Assembly (NCBI GenBank): GCA_964448705.1
Contig: CAYUZS010000004.1
Coordinates: 20,105-84,104, forward strand
Length of the DNA: 64,000 bases
Direction of reading: 5' to 3'
Source: an uncultured Gammaproteobacteria bacterium
GTDB lineage: Bacteria; Patescibacteriota; Microgenomatia; UBA12405
Every line of letters starts with the position of its first letter. The stretch's first letter is position 1. This document shows positions 37,088 through 47,523 of the stretch, in pieces. A program made the position numbers and the translations under genes. The notes beneath the pieces were generated by a model. It worked only from the letters and a program-made list of their open reading frames with translations, was not told the DNA's origin and searched no databases.

Positions 37088-38839
37088 TTATACATTGCCC
37101 AATCCTTCAATCCAATATTCAATTATCTTAAAACCGTTTTTCCAAAAATTTTCAGATTCAATATTTACTCCAATTCCGGCCAAAACTTCAGTTGGATCTT
37201 TTGATCCACCGGTTTTTAAAACCTCTTTTATTTTATCAATAAAATCCTTTCCTCTTTTTTTATATTCTGCATATAAAGACAATGACAATAATTCACCAAA
37301 ATTATATGCATAACAATAAAAAGGGGATTCGTAGATATGACTGATGTATAACCATTCATATTTAAATATTGGATCAATTTTTACTGCTCTGCCGAATTGT
37401 TCTTTTAAATTGTTTAAATATAATTTGCAAATATCTTCTGCTGTAGCCCCTGTTGTCATTAGTTTATGAGCATCAATTTCAAATTTGACAAAATAATTCT
37501 GTCTCATTATTGTTGCGTATGAATCGGCTATTTTCTCCGACAACATTTTATTTTTTATGTCTTTATCTTTTTCTTCATTCATCATTTTTTCAAACAAAAT
37601 CATTTCTCCAAAAGTCGACGCTGTCTCCGAGAGTGGTAAATTAGCGTGTTGTGAATCCGGAAAATGTTTGTTTGCCAATAAACTATGTATGGCATGCCCC
37701 AATTCATGAGCCATCGTCGATACATCTCTAACACTTCCGGTGTGATTCAGTAAAACATAAGGCGATATTTCCGGTCCGACTGTAGCGCAAAATGCTCCGC
37801 TGATTTTATTTTTTTTCGGTAACGGATCAATATGATTTTCATTAAATAATTTTTCCGCCAATTCTCCCATCTCTTGGTCAAATTCGTAGTAAGCCTCAAG
37901 AACCATTTTTTTGCTCTCTTCAAAACTGTACTTATTTTGGCGGCTTTTTCCTATCGGTGCATACAAGTCATATCTTTCAAGTTTTTTCTTTCTCAACATC
38001 TTTGCTTTATATTCAAAATACTTCCAAAATATTTTTCTTTCTTCACTGCAAACTTTCAGTAAAGTTTCTACTGTTTTATCGGAAACATGATTGGAAAAAT
38101 TTCTCACTGCAATCGGTGAATCATAGCCTCTTATTTTTGCTTCGTAATCCCAGTTTTTTACTACAGATTGATAAATAATTGAAAGTTTATCGATATTTTT
38201 CTTATGTTCGTCGAAAAATGAATTATAAGCCTCTCTTCTTGTTTTTGAATTTTTCGAATGTGTATGTTTCAGTATTTCCGCCTGAGTTTTTATTTTCTTT
38301 TTCCCCATTTTATAAACCATTTCTGCTTCTATTATTCCTCTTAGATCGGAAATCACCGAGTTTCCGTAAATGTCCTTATTATCAATAATTTCTTCTTCCC
38401 GTTGTTTTAATGAATACTTAACTGCTTTTCTGTTGTATTCCAGCACGTATTTCAAGTCTTCTACTGACGAGAATAATCTACCGGCATTTTTGTCATCCAG
38501 TATTTTTTTACCTTTAACTTCCAAACCTTTTAGCCAGTGATCAAATTTCCTGCTCATTGTCCCCAGTTTAAGCCATGTCTCTTGGGCCTTGCTTTTCATC
38601 ATTCTTATTTTTTGGTTTTTCTGGTTCGTCGCTTCCATTAATTCCGGCAGATAAAGGGCTCTTCTCATTTTTTGACCCAAAGTTTGTTCTTCTTTTATAA
38701 ACTTCGCAAATTCTTTTTGGCTCATTTCCGGTTCTAGTTTTGGCCACCACTTTTCCAATTTACCCATATCCTTACTTATCTCTTCCAACAAATCTTCGAA
38801 TTTTTCTACTTGGCAGATATCATCCAGATTCCAATTCAT
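37088..38839 (-). CDS. pepF: oligoendopeptidase F (M3B metallopeptidase)
   Basis: 'TMAHELGHAIHS' HEXXH; 583 aa; M3 family architecture. Confidence 0.85.
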   Translation of the reverse strand: MNWNLDDICQVEKFEDLLEEISKDMGKLEKWWPKLEPEMSQKEFAKFIKEEQTLGQKMRRALYLPELMEATNQKNQKIRMMKSKAQETWLKLGTMSRKFDHWLKGLEVKGKKILDDKNAGRLFSSVEDLKYVLEYNRKAVKYSLKQREEEIIDNKDIYGNSVISDLRGIIEAEMVYKMGKKKIKTQAEILKHTHSKNSKTRREAYNSFFDEHKKNIDKLSIIYQSVVKNWDYEAKIRGYDSPIAVRNFSNHVSDKTVETLLKVCSEERKIFWKYFEYKAKMLRKKKLERYDLYAPIGKSRQNKYSFEESKKMVLEAYYEFDQEMGELAEKLFNENHIDPLPKKNKISGAFCATVGPEISPYVLLNHTGSVRDVSTMAHELGHAIHSLLANKHFPDSQHANLPLSETASTFGEMILFEKMMNEEKDKDIKNKMLSEKIADSYATIMRQNYFVKFEIDAHKLMTTGATAEDICKLYLNNLKEQFGRAVKIDPIFKYEWLYISHIYESPFYCYAYNFGELLSLSLYAEYKKRGKDFIDKIKEVLKTGGSKDPTEVLAGIGVNIESENFWKNGFKIIEYWIEGLGNV

Positions 38840-38848
38840 TTTTTCATT

Positions 38849-39424
38849 TTACTCCAATAAATATTTTTTTCTTAATGATTTACTTTCTTCATTGGTTATT
38901 TTTCCCAAACCCTTTCTTTGTCTGTCAATTTCGTACAAAATGATTGCCGCTGTCACCGACAAATTTAGGCTTTGCACCATTCCTTTCATTGGTATGTATA
39001 TTTTTTCATCAGCCATTTCTATGGCTGTTTTGGATAATCCACTATGTTCATTGCCAAACATTATTGCTGTTTTATTATTTTTGAATTTTATCTGATTTAT
39101 TTTTTTAGCTGTCTTGTCTAAAACTGTTGCATAAATCGTAAAATTTTTTTCTTTAAGCTCTTTTATACATTCTTTTGTTGATTTATATGTTTCAAAACTT
39201 AACCATTTGTTGGCGCTTCCTGAACTTGTTTTACCTGTAATCTTAGGATTAAAACTTTTTTCTTTCTCGAAAATCAGGCTCACTTTTTGAAATCCAAAAG
39301 CATCACAGGTTCTCCATATTGCTGCCGCATTATGCGGATCGTGAATATCCTCCAACACCACCATTCCTTCTTGTCTTTTAGAGATTACGGCTTTGATTTT
39401 TTTAATTCTTATGTCGGATGCCAT
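38849..39424 (-). CDS. SpoU/TrmH-family RNA 2'-O-methyltransferase
   Basis: 'LEDIHDPHNAAAIWRTCDAFG', 'IMFGNEHSGLS', 'IPMKGMVQSLNLSVTAAIILYE' SPOUT motifs. Confidence 0.8.
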   Translation of the reverse strand: MASDIRIKKIKAVISKRQEGMVVLEDIHDPHNAAAIWRTCDAFGFQKVSLIFEKEKSFNPKITGKTSSGSANKWLSFETYKSTKECIKELKEKNFTIYATVLDKTAKKINQIKFKNNKTAIMFGNEHSGLSKTAIEMADEKIYIPMKGMVQSLNLSVTAAIILYEIDRQRKGLGKITNEESKSLRKKYLLE

Positions 39425-39428
39425 TTAT

Positions 39429-40043
39429 TTAATTGTCGTTTTCTTCTGTTGGAATATCCAATGCTCCGCCCGGTTGTTTCTGAATTTTTTGCATTTGATT
39501 CATAATTTCCTGCAAATCCTGAAAGCTGACACCATCCGGCAATGTCCATTCATCGGTGTTGGCCGACCAAGACTCACAATTGTAATCGTATTCAGTGTTT
39601 AAGTCTTTTGTTTGCTCATTTTCTGTTTCTGCTGCCTTATCATCGACGTTTTCTGTTTCTGGTTCTGTGTTTTCTTGCTTCATCAGAACTTTATACCCTT
39701 TACCCGGCATTAATGATCCCCAGGTGTACAGATATTCGCCATCGCTTAAGGAATACATTTTATCTTCAGTTGCTGTGGTGCTGTTATTTACTGTCATCTC
39801 CTGTTTAAACTTGTTGCCGGAAATATAAACCGTTCCATTTACTTGTCCTTCTTCAGAGCTCGCTGTCCAGGTGCATTTTTGGTCTTTACCATTTTTTAAC
39901 AAATCTTTTAAAGATACTTGAGACACTTCGGCCTTATTAGCCGGTTGTTCGGTATTTTTTGTTTGGCTATTATCATCAATCTTTGGACCACAGCTGCTTA
40001 GTAAACACACACTTAATCCCAATATCAACCAATATTTTTTCAT
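39429..40043 (-). CDS. lipoprotein, function unknown
   Basis: Signal peptide with lipobox 'LLSSCGP'. Confidence 0.5.
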   Translation of the reverse strand: MKKYWLILGLSVCLLSSCGPKIDDNSQTKNTEQPANKAEVSQVSLKDLLKNGKDQKCTWTASSEEGQVNGTVYISGNKFKQEMTVNNSTTATEDKMYSLSDGEYLYTWGSLMPGKGYKVLMKQENTEPETENVDDKAAETENEQTKDLNTEYDYNCESWSANTDEWTLPDGVSFQDLQEIMNQMQKIQKQPGGALDIPTEENDN

Positions 40044-40263
40044 ATTCTTTAAACTTGTAATTTCAATTCAATTTTAACATTTCTTTCTCTCTTAGTTTCC
40101 ACCAATCTTAGTTATCGTGTTCATTATGTCTTTAAATACCATCCAGTCCACTAAGAATACTGCTGTGATTAAACCATACTTCCAATATCTATGTATTGTC
40201 TGCATTCTTATTTATAGACCGAATAATACCCGAAAACAATTAGTTAAAACTATAACAAGTTGA

Positions 40264-42033
40264 TTATTCGGTTATCGCCGTCTTTTCCTCACCGATTCCG
40301 CCTTCAGGCTTTAACTTTCCTTTTGCTTGTAATGTCCACAACATACTGTAAAGTCCATTCTTTTTTATTAATTCGTTGTGTTTTCCTATTTCAGCAACAG
40401 TTCCGTTGCTCAACACTACAATTTTATCTACCCCTCGGATCGTTGAAAATCTGTGAGCGATCAATATCACTGTTCTGTCTTTCGATACTTCCTCTAAAGC
40501 TGTTTGTATTTTCTTTTCTGATTCTGAATCCAGGTTGGATGTTGCTTCGTCAAAAATCAAAATTTTAGGATTGGCTAAAATACATCTCGCAATTGCCAGT
40601 CTTTGTTTTTGACCTCCAGAAAGTTTAATTCCTCTTTCTCCGACTTCAGTTTTCCATTTTTTTGGTAGTTTCTCAATAAACTCAAGAATATTGGCTCTTT
40701 CTGCAGCTGTTCTGATTTCATTCATCGAGGCCTTTTCTTTGCCGTATGCCAGATTATATTTAATTGTATTGTTAAACATTATTGGTTCTTGCGGTACCAC
40801 GCTGACCATAGATCTTAACAGACTTTTTTTGATTTTTTTAATATCTATTCCGTCAACTTTAATTACTCCCTGGCTTGGATCATAAAATCTCAGTAATAGT
40901 TTCACTAACGTGGTTTTTCCCGCTCCCGATCTTCCCACAAAGGCTACTCTCTCTCCCGGATTTATTGTCAGATTTATATCATCGACCACTTTTTGTTTGT
41001 TTTTTGGATAAACAAAACCAACTTTAATCAGTTCTATTTTTCCTCTGGGTGTCTCGATTTTTTTTGGCTCTGCCGGATCTTTAACTTTAATTTCATTGTC
41101 AAGTATTCCAAGATATTTTTCTAAATCTGTTACCGCCTTGGCTATATCTCTAATCCTAAAAAATAGGTTAAAAAACTGATAGTAAAAATTAGTCACAAAT
41201 CCTGAAACCATCACTAAATCTCCTAAAGAAAAGGTGTTTCCTAATTGCTTAACAGTCATGTACATAATGACTAATATTCCGCTTCCGGACACTGTTCCGA
41301 TGCTGATATCCATTAATCTGAAAGAGTTAGCGTAGCCCCAAAAAGCTTTAGACCATTCCTGGAATTTATTTGATAAACGTTTCTTTTCCTTATTTTCTGC
41401 CGCAAAAAATTTTACCGTTTCGTAATTGATCATAGTGTCAGAAATTATTCCTGCCACTTCATCATCTTTTTTGTTGAATTCTTTTCGGTATTTAAGATTT
41501 TTACTGATCAGCCACCAGATTAGTATTAAATTCGCAAAAAATAATCCTAATAAGGCTATTCCGATTGGTACAGATGCTCGGAAAAGAAAATATAGAGTCA
41601 CTGCCAATGCAATCACCACTCTAAATAATTCCTGAAATACACTTTGAAAAATAGTGAATACAGCACCGTCTCCTCGACGAAAAGCAGAGATTAAAGAACC
41701 GGTATTTTTGTTGACATGGTAGGCAAAGTCCAGCTCTAACACCTTATGAAACACTTTTTCTCTTATTTCCTTGGATAGGGGAATAATCACTTTGTCGCCC
41801 AGATAATAGCTAAGTGCTTCCACCATGTTCCCACCAACCAGCGATATCCCGAATATTACTAAATAAAACCAAACACTATCAAAGTTTCCGATCTGAGCAT
41901 TTTCTAGGATTCTTTTCATCCAATAAGGAGAAATTGTTGACATTACTACCGACACTGTACTTACCGCCAAAAATATCGCCATTTTCAGCTTGTATTTCTT
42001 TATGAATTTCAGAAACTTGGTAATCTCTTTCAT
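40264..42033 (-). CDS. ABC exporter, fused permease/ATP-binding (MsbA-like type I)
   Basis: Six-TM TMD; Walker A 'GRSGAGKTT'; signature 'LSGGQKQR'; Walker B 'ILIFDEATSNLD'. Confidence 0.9.
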   Translation of the reverse strand: MKEITKFLKFIKKYKLKMAIFLAVSTVSVVMSTISPYWMKRILENAQIGNFDSVWFYLVIFGISLVGGNMVEALSYYLGDKVIIPLSKEIREKVFHKVLELDFAYHVNKNTGSLISAFRRGDGAVFTIFQSVFQELFRVVIALAVTLYFLFRASVPIGIALLGLFFANLILIWWLISKNLKYRKEFNKKDDEVAGIISDTMINYETVKFFAAENKEKKRLSNKFQEWSKAFWGYANSFRLMDISIGTVSGSGILVIMYMTVKQLGNTFSLGDLVMVSGFVTNFYYQFFNLFFRIRDIAKAVTDLEKYLGILDNEIKVKDPAEPKKIETPRGKIELIKVGFVYPKNKQKVVDDINLTINPGERVAFVGRSGAGKTTLVKLLLRFYDPSQGVIKVDGIDIKKIKKSLLRSMVSVVPQEPIMFNNTIKYNLAYGKEKASMNEIRTAAERANILEFIEKLPKKWKTEVGERGIKLSGGQKQRLAIARCILANPKILIFDEATSNLDSESEKKIQTALEEVSKDRTVILIAHRFSTIRGVDKIVVLSNGTVAEIGKHNELIKKNGLYSMLWTLQAKGKLKPEGGIGEEKTAITE

Positions 42034-42138
42034 TAGGGCTTAATTTTATCTTATTTTTTGAACTATTTGTGCACATAAATTCCTTATCTTCAGCCAATAG
42101 TTACCTTTTAATTTTTCCTCTCTCTGTTTTTATAAATA

Positions 42139-42993
42139 TTATTTATCTAAACCTTTTCTCAGCATCAAGTAAATCCGACCGTGATTCCTGGAAATTGTCA
42201 GTGTTGTTTCAAACTCTCCATTTTTCCATTTCATAATTCCGGTTTTTTCATCATAGGAATATTCCGGTTTATCTTTATATTCATTTTTATATTCTTCCTC
42301 AAGTGCCAAAAATTCATCAACATCATCTTTTCCGTCATCATTTTTATCCCCGCTATCTATTACAGAAAAATATTTAGTATATTCGACCTCACCATTCCTT
42401 TGGCTTAGCAAACCATATGATATTTCATGTTCAACTAAACTGGAATTAGTTTTGAAAAAATCAGGAAATTGACTAAAATATTTCTTTAAACTTTCGTCAC
42501 TGTAATTTGGTAGATAAACCTGTAAATATCCTGTATTTCCCGATTCATAATAGGAAGCAGTAACCTTATATTCTCCTATAGTTCCTTTAACCATTTCCGG
42601 ATTATCATATTCTTCTTTAATTTCGCTATCAAATAAATTCTTATAATAATTTAGGAAATTTTCTTGACTAGCGTTTGAATCAAAAACAATGTTGTAATAA
42701 GCAAAGTTTTTATCTCCAAAAGGTGAAGTATTTTTAGGATCGGTGTTTACAAAAATTTTACTCGAACTAATTTTTTTAAGTTCATACAAAGGAATCTTTT
42801 CTATCGGAAATCCTTCTAATAAATAAGTTGATTCTGTGTTTTTATCTAATGAATCAGATAGTTGTCCATTTTTTGATTTATCACCGGTAACTTTATTTAA
42901 TCCTTCCTTTAAAGGAACAGCAAAAATAATAGCCAGAACTAAAATCACAATAATAACCATCACTCTCTTTTTATTCATAAGAAATTTTATCAA
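42139..42993 (-). CDS. membrane-anchored/secreted hypothetical protein
   Basis: N-terminal TM 'VMVIIVILVLAIIFAV'; no motif. Confidence 0.3.
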   Translation of the reverse strand: MIKFLMNKKRVMVIIVILVLAIIFAVPLKEGLNKVTGDKSKNGQLSDSLDKNTESTYLLEGFPIEKIPLYELKKISSSKIFVNTDPKNTSPFGDKNFAYYNIVFDSNASQENFLNYYKNLFDSEIKEEYDNPEMVKGTIGEYKVTASYYESGNTGYLQVYLPNYSDESLKKYFSQFPDFFKTNSSLVEHEISYGLLSQRNGEVEYTKYFSVIDSGDKNDDGKDDVDEFLALEEEYKNEYKDKPEYSYDEKTGIMKWKNGEFETTLTISRNHGRIYLMLRKGLDK

Positions 42994-43042
42994 ATCATTC
43001 AGGTATCACGTGAAGTACTCTATATACGAATCAGTAGAAAAT

Positions 43043-43094
43043 TAGCGGCGAACCATTGATTTGTAGTGAGTTCATCAAACTATGCAGTTAGAAC
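43043..43094 (+). repeat. repeat family C, copy 1 (TAGCGGCGAACCATTGATTTGTAGTGAGTTCATCAAACTATGCAGTTAGAAC)
   Basis: About 85% identical to copy 2 at 51290-51341. A short form lacking the central roughly 24 nt is at 52341-52372. Confidence 0.7.
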
Positions 43095-43140
43095 TTATTA
43101 TATGAATCAAAGTTATAATCTCGCTGCAACAAATTAAATT

Positions 43141-43863
43141 TTATTTGTTGGCGACAACTTCTATAACATGATCCTCCCGGGGAGAAATTTCTCTCCGCAT
43201 AAAATCCTTGTATAGTCTTTCTTGATATTCAGTAATTTCATCCACTTTCAAGCCTGCTTTTTTTAGATGTTCACGTATCGTAAATGGTGTGTGGAAATAT
43301 CTTGAACCAGTTCCTTCAATTGTACCGTCGGCTCTTCTATAAGAAACAGTTGTCAACCTTGTTTCAGGATCGTAGCTATTATTTGGGTCGTTCTTATTAA
43401 TATTTTTTTCTGACCTGACCACAATAAAAATTTTGCCATTTGGTTTGAGTGATTTATTAAACCCTGCTAAAACCACATCCAAATCTTTGGCTGATAAATA
43501 ATGAAGCACAAGTCTAGCGTAAATAAAATCAAAATAATTAGCAGGATAATTCCATTCACTCTTCAGATCTTCATCTTTTGTTTCAATTTGATTTTCAAGC
43601 CCTACTTGTCGGATTACTTCTCTAGCAAACTCCAACCCTTTTTTATCAATCGTGGTGGCAATTATTTTTCTATTTGGATTTGCTCTTGCCATTCTAATTT
43701 CAGCAAAGCCAGCAGTACTAATTCCTGGACTAAAAACCATCAAATCAGTATCTCTTATCCGTGCTAATCCTCGTTCCTCGCTGGTTGAAGGTTTTGCGCC
43801 TAATTCGTCAAGAATTTCGATTTTCACATGACAATTATACTTCACTTTATTTGACAGAATCAA
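43141..43863 (-). CDS. class I SAM-dependent methyltransferase
   Basis: 'DLMVFSPGISTAGFAEI' motif-I-like, 'KPNGKIFIV' motif; 240 aa. Confidence 0.6.
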   Translation of the reverse strand: MILSNKVKYNCHVKIEILDELGAKPSTSEERGLARIRDTDLMVFSPGISTAGFAEIRMARANPNRKIIATTIDKKGLEFAREVIRQVGLENQIETKDEDLKSEWNYPANYFDFIYARLVLHYLSAKDLDVVLAGFNKSLKPNGKIFIVVRSEKNINKNDPNNSYDPETRLTTVSYRRADGTIEGTGSRYFHTPFTIREHLKKAGLKVDEITEYQERLYKDFMRREISPREDHVIEVVANK

Positions 43864-43873
43864 GAAAAACTAA

Positions 43874-43912
43874 ATTGTCACGTTAACGAGCGAAGCAGGT
43901 AAGTCAGGAACC
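43874..43912 (+). repeat. repeat family A, copy 1 (ATTGTCACGTTAACGAGCGAAGCAGGTAAGTCAGGAACC)
   Basis: 35/39 identical to copy 2 at 51765-51803; shares the core AGCAGG..GTC(T/A)GGAACC with family B. Confidence 0.7.
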
Positions 43913-43944
43913 TTTTGTCCGGACAACGTTATCGATTTACTGTT

Positions 43945-44442
43945 TTAGTTAACCACTTCAAGTTTCTTGGGAATTATGTCAAGTTTGTCGACATTAGGAA
44001 CTGTTTTTGTTCTCATCATTTCTACAATTAACTCCCGATATTCGGTTAACAGGATTCTTGTACCTGGAGTAAGGTTAAGTTTTACTGCCTCATCGATGGT
44101 AAACCAACCAATTTCTTGGCCTTCACCTGGTCCTAAAACAAATTTTGATTCCTCATTCTTATCGACAAAAACTACATATATCCAAACATTTTCGCCTAGT
44201 GAACCCTTAGTTTTTGTTATTAATTTAAAATCCTTTAGTTCGTAACTTACTTCTTCTTTAACTTCTCTAATCAAACCTTGTTCCGGAGTCTCACCTTCCT
44301 CAATACCACCCCCAACTAATTGCCAACAGTCCGGTGAACGAATAATTGGAATATTATCCCGGTGAAATAACAACGTTTTATTGGGACTCAGGATAATGAT
44401 TTTGGCACCGTCTTTAGATTTCATATTTCTTCCTCTTAACAA
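43945..44442 (-). CDS. Nudix hydrolase
   Basis: Nudix box 'GGGIEEGETPEQGLIREVKEEVS'. Confidence 0.8.
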   Translation of the reverse strand: MLRGRNMKSKDGAKIIILSPNKTLLFHRDNIPIIRSPDCWQLVGGGIEEGETPEQGLIREVKEEVSYELKDFKLITKTKGSLGENVWIYVVFVDKNEESKFVLGPGEGQEIGWFTIDEAVKLNLTPGTRILLTEYRELIVEMMRTKTVPNVDKLDIIPKKLEVVN

Positions 44443-44517
44443 TTAATTCATCCCACAAGCATTCGTTCACCTTCAATTTTAACATTACTATAGACTATTA
44501 TTTCATTAACACCACCC

Positions 44518-44619
44518 GAGTGGAGTAGGTGAGTCTGGAACTTTTATATCTTTATAGCCCTATATCTTATTATACCTTCCTTTGTAGCTAAATTAGACAA
44601 ATAAGACATTATAAAAAAG
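44518..44619 (+). repeat. repeat family B, copy 1 (diverged, about 75% to B2/B3)
   Basis: GAGTGGAGTAGGTGAGTCTGGAAC...TAGCTAAATTAGACAAATAAGACATTATAAAAAAG; collinear with B2/B3. Confidence 0.6.
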
Positions 44620-44670
44620 AGTCTCTAAGATAACGATATTGAGTGAACAATATGATATCTCAATAATTTT

Positions 44671-45141
44671 CTATATTATTTCAAACTCTTCCAATAACTT
44701 CTTCATCTTCTCTATCTGTTTGGGAAATATAAGATAAGTAGGGAGGTCTTTTGGATAAACCCATTTAATTGCTCTAATTTCATCTTCTTGGATACCTAAT
44801 TCACTTTCTTTGCCTGTAAATTTAACAAAAAATTGTTTTCTCTCTTGTCCTCGAAATACCGGCTTGTTGTCTTTAATCTTTTGATTTATTAATTCATCCG
44901 ACCATTCATAGCAGTCTCTTAATTCACTGGCTTTGATCACTTCAAATTTATCAATTCCCAACTCTTCACTTAATTCTCTGATAACTGCTACCTCCGGTTT
45001 TTCACCTTCTTCAATCCCTCCACCGGGAATATCCCATTCATTATCTTTATAGCTACATTTTTGGACTATCAAAATCCGCCCAGGCTTATCCATTATTACA
45101 GCACTAGTACTTTGTCTGTAAGTTAAGTTATCACGGTTCAT
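44671..45141 (-). CDS. Nudix hydrolase
   Basis: Nudix box 'GGGIEEGEKPEVAVIRELSEELGI'. Confidence 0.8.
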   Translation of the reverse strand: MNRDNLTYRQSTSAVIMDKPGRILIVQKCSYKDNEWDIPGGGIEEGEKPEVAVIRELSEELGIDKFEVIKASELRDCYEWSDELINQKIKDNKPVFRGQERKQFFVKFTGKESELGIQEDEIRAIKWVYPKDLPTYLIFPKQIEKMKKLLEEFEII

Positions 45142-45614
45142 TTTGATTTCAAACTATTGTCAAAAGTCTGTATCCAACCATCCCATTTTTCATTATTCAT
45201 CTCTACTTCTTCAAAATTGTTGTCAGTAAACTTTGAAATGAAATTCAACCAAAACATATGAGCATTCGGATTTTCTCTAATCTGCCTATTCTCCCATTTT
45301 CCAGGGAATTGGTTAAATACTAATTTGGCTGCCTCTGACCCGATTCCGTTATTCCGAAATTCTTTTTTAACATAAAACTCGGAAATGGTATTTCCTTCCG
45401 TTAAAATCAGTAGGTATGAGTTTATTAAGGCAAACCCAGCAATCTTCCCATCGACTTTTATAAAATATGGATACCTATTTGGTTTTTCCCAATAAGAATC
45501 TAGGTACTTATACTCTTCCGCTTTGTCACCAATAATCTCTCTTTCATAGTCCCAAAGCATATCCCTTAGAATATTTTTATCTTTAATATCAATTTGTTCT
45601 AAATTGACTTCCAT
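45138..45614 (-). CDS. GNAT-family N-acetyltransferase
   Basis: 'ISEFYVKKEFRNNGIGSEAAKLVF' is GNAT motif A; 4-nt overlap with the downstream Nudix gene. Confidence 0.6.
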   Translation of the reverse strand: MEVNLEQIDIKDKNILRDMLWDYEREIIGDKAEEYKYLDSYWEKPNRYPYFIKVDGKIAGFALINSYLLILTEGNTISEFYVKKEFRNNGIGSEAAKLVFNQFPGKWENRQIRENPNAHMFWLNFISKFTDNNFEEVEMNNEKWDGWIQTFDNSLKSK

Positions 45615-45634
45615 AAATAATTATAGCCCAAATA

Positions 45635-46192
45635 TTGGTATATAATTATTCAGAATTATCCGAAGAATACTTCATGATCAACCAATCTATTTTAACCACC
45701 ATAAACTGGCATGGCAATAAAGTCACCTACACCTGGATCCCTACTACTAAAATTAAAAAGTACCAACCCATCCGAAACGTGATTGGTCTTTGTCTAAACG
45801 ATAATCAAGAAGTTCTAATTTGCCGTGAAACTGAAGAAGAAGGTTGGAAGTTACCCGGAGGTCGCCCTGAAGATAATGAAACTCCAATTGAGACATTAAA
45901 ACGGGAGTTAATGGAGGAAGCTGATATTGAAGTAAACAATATAAAAGCTATCGGAACCCAACGTGTCGATTTTCCTAATAATCCAAAACAATCAGAAGGT
46001 GATTTGTTCTACCAAGTACGATATTTTTGTAAAATAGAAAAGATGTTTCCTCAAACTGTAGATCCTGATACTGGAGTGCTTTACGATCGAAAATTTGTGC
46101 CTCTTAGACAGTTGAACAACTACCTAAAGTGGGGAAAAATCGGAGATGCCATAATCAATAAAGTATTAGTAATTGAAAATATAAATGACTAA
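45635..46192 (+). CDS. Nudix hydrolase
   Basis: Nudix box 'GGRPEDNETPIETLKRELMEEADI'. Confidence 0.75.
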   Translation: MVYNYSELSEEYFMINQSILTTINWHGNKVTYTWIPTTKIKKYQPIRNVIGLCLNDNQEVLICRETEEEGWKLPGGRPEDNETPIETLKRELMEEADIEVNNIKAIGTQRVDFPNNPKQSEGDLFYQVRYFCKIEKMFPQTVDPDTGVLYDRKFVPLRQLNNYLKWGKIGDAIINKVLVIENIND

Positions 46193-46721
46193 TAAAACCC
46201 GAGACTGGCAAGAACTCTCCCGGGAAGAAGCTTTTAGAAAATATTCCCGTAAAATTGAGAAAGTAATTTTCAAACTACCCAACGGTAAAGAAACAGATTT
46301 TTACATTAAAAAAGAAGGTCCAACTGCTAGTGTTTTAGCCTTAACATCCGATAATCAAATAATTATTGCCAAGCAATATCGCCCTGGACCAAAAAAAATC
46401 CTGATGGAACTCCCGGGTGGTTTTGTTGACCCAAACGAAGCACCTGAAGTAACCATAAAACGTGAGTTACTGGAAGAAACTGGTTATGAAGGTGATATAA
46501 AGCTAGTTACCACCTGTCTTGATGATGCCTACTCTACGATGGAAAGATATTGTTTTGTTGCTACTAATTGTAAAAAAGTCAAAGAAATTGAGAATGGAGA
46601 GGACGAATTTACCGAGTTAGTTTTAGTTTCACTTAAAGAGTTTAAACAAATTCTTCGAAGTGGCCAAATGACCGATGTGGAAGTCGGATTCTTAGGGTTA
46701 GATTATTTAGGACTACTTTAA
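46185..46721 (+). CDS. Nudix hydrolase (ADP-ribose pyrophosphatase-like)
   Basis: Nudix box 'ELPGGFVDPNEAPEVTIKRELLEETGYEG'. Confidence 0.8.
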   Translation: MTNKTRDWQELSREEAFRKYSRKIEKVIFKLPNGKETDFYIKKEGPTASVLALTSDNQIIIAKQYRPGPKKILMELPGGFVDPNEAPEVTIKRELLEETGYEGDIKLVTTCLDDAYSTMERYCFVATNCKKVKEIENGEDEFTELVLVSLKEFKQILRSGQMTDVEVGFLGLDYLGLL

Positions 46722-47207
46722 ATGAGTCACCAAAGATTAATTATTCTCATGGGCTTGCCGGGTTCGGGCAAATCATACGTCGCGTCACATCTCCAACAAA
46801 AATATGGTTTTATTACATTGTCCGGTGAGGACATTGCTACCAAGTTATTTGGAACTGAAAAACTGTCTGGTCAACAATATGCTCAAGTTTATAAAACAGT
46901 CCGGCAAAAAGCTTCTGAACTACTACAACAGGGATCTTCTGTGATAATTGATGGTACAAATCTCAAGAAACAATTTCGTCAACAAATTTATGACGAAGTT
47001 AAATGCGACCAAACAATTTTGATATATCTCAAAACCGACGATAATGTCGCTATGGATCGAATTTCAAAAAGAAAAAATTCTTGTTCCTCTGAAACATATC
47101 AAGCATTTAAGAACCAGATAGAGGAACCATTTCCGAAAGAAAATGCATTTATTTTGATCTCAGACAACCAGTTATTAGACAACATTGACAAAATAATAAA
47201 TGGATAA
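46722..47207 (+). CDS. P-loop nucleotide/nucleoside kinase-like protein (AAA_33-like)
   Basis: Walker A 'LMGLPGSGKSYVA'; 161 aa. Start abuts the Nudix stop. Confidence 0.55.
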   Translation: MSHQRLIILMGLPGSGKSYVASHLQQKYGFITLSGEDIATKLFGTEKLSGQQYAQVYKTVRQKASELLQQGSSVIIDGTNLKKQFRQQIYDEVKCDQTILIYLKTDDNVAMDRISKRKNSCSSETYQAFKNQIEEPFPKENAFILISDNQLLDNIDKIING

Positions 47208-47523
47208 GAATTTATTAGATAAATTAATTACCGAGTACAAACAACTCTTCGAAAACGTTTGGGAATTTGGAGGTGGTTATGGTTTTCGCTTTCATCATGG
47301 GGTTCGGGTTATGAAATATTGTCAAAAAATTGCTATGCTTCCCAGATTTAAAGACGAAAACATAAGTATTGAGGCTTTGCTAATTGCTGCCCTTTTCCAC
47401 GATATTGGTAAAATCGAAGCAATCGATAAAAATGGTCAATTAGTTTATGGTAATTATGGTGGTATTAGTCATGATGCTTTGGGAGCCAAAATCGCACCTA
47501 AATATTTTTGTTTAAAATACTAG
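47200..47523 (+). CDS. short HD-domain protein (possibly truncated)
   Basis: 'RFHHGVRV' and 'LFHDIGKI' His/Asp motifs of the HD phosphohydrolase fold; only 107 aa. Confidence 0.45.
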   Translation: MDKNLLDKLITEYKQLFENVWEFGGGYGFRFHHGVRVMKYCQKIAMLPRFKDENISIEALLIAALFHDIGKIEAIDKNGQLVYGNYGGISHDALGAKIAPKYFCLKY

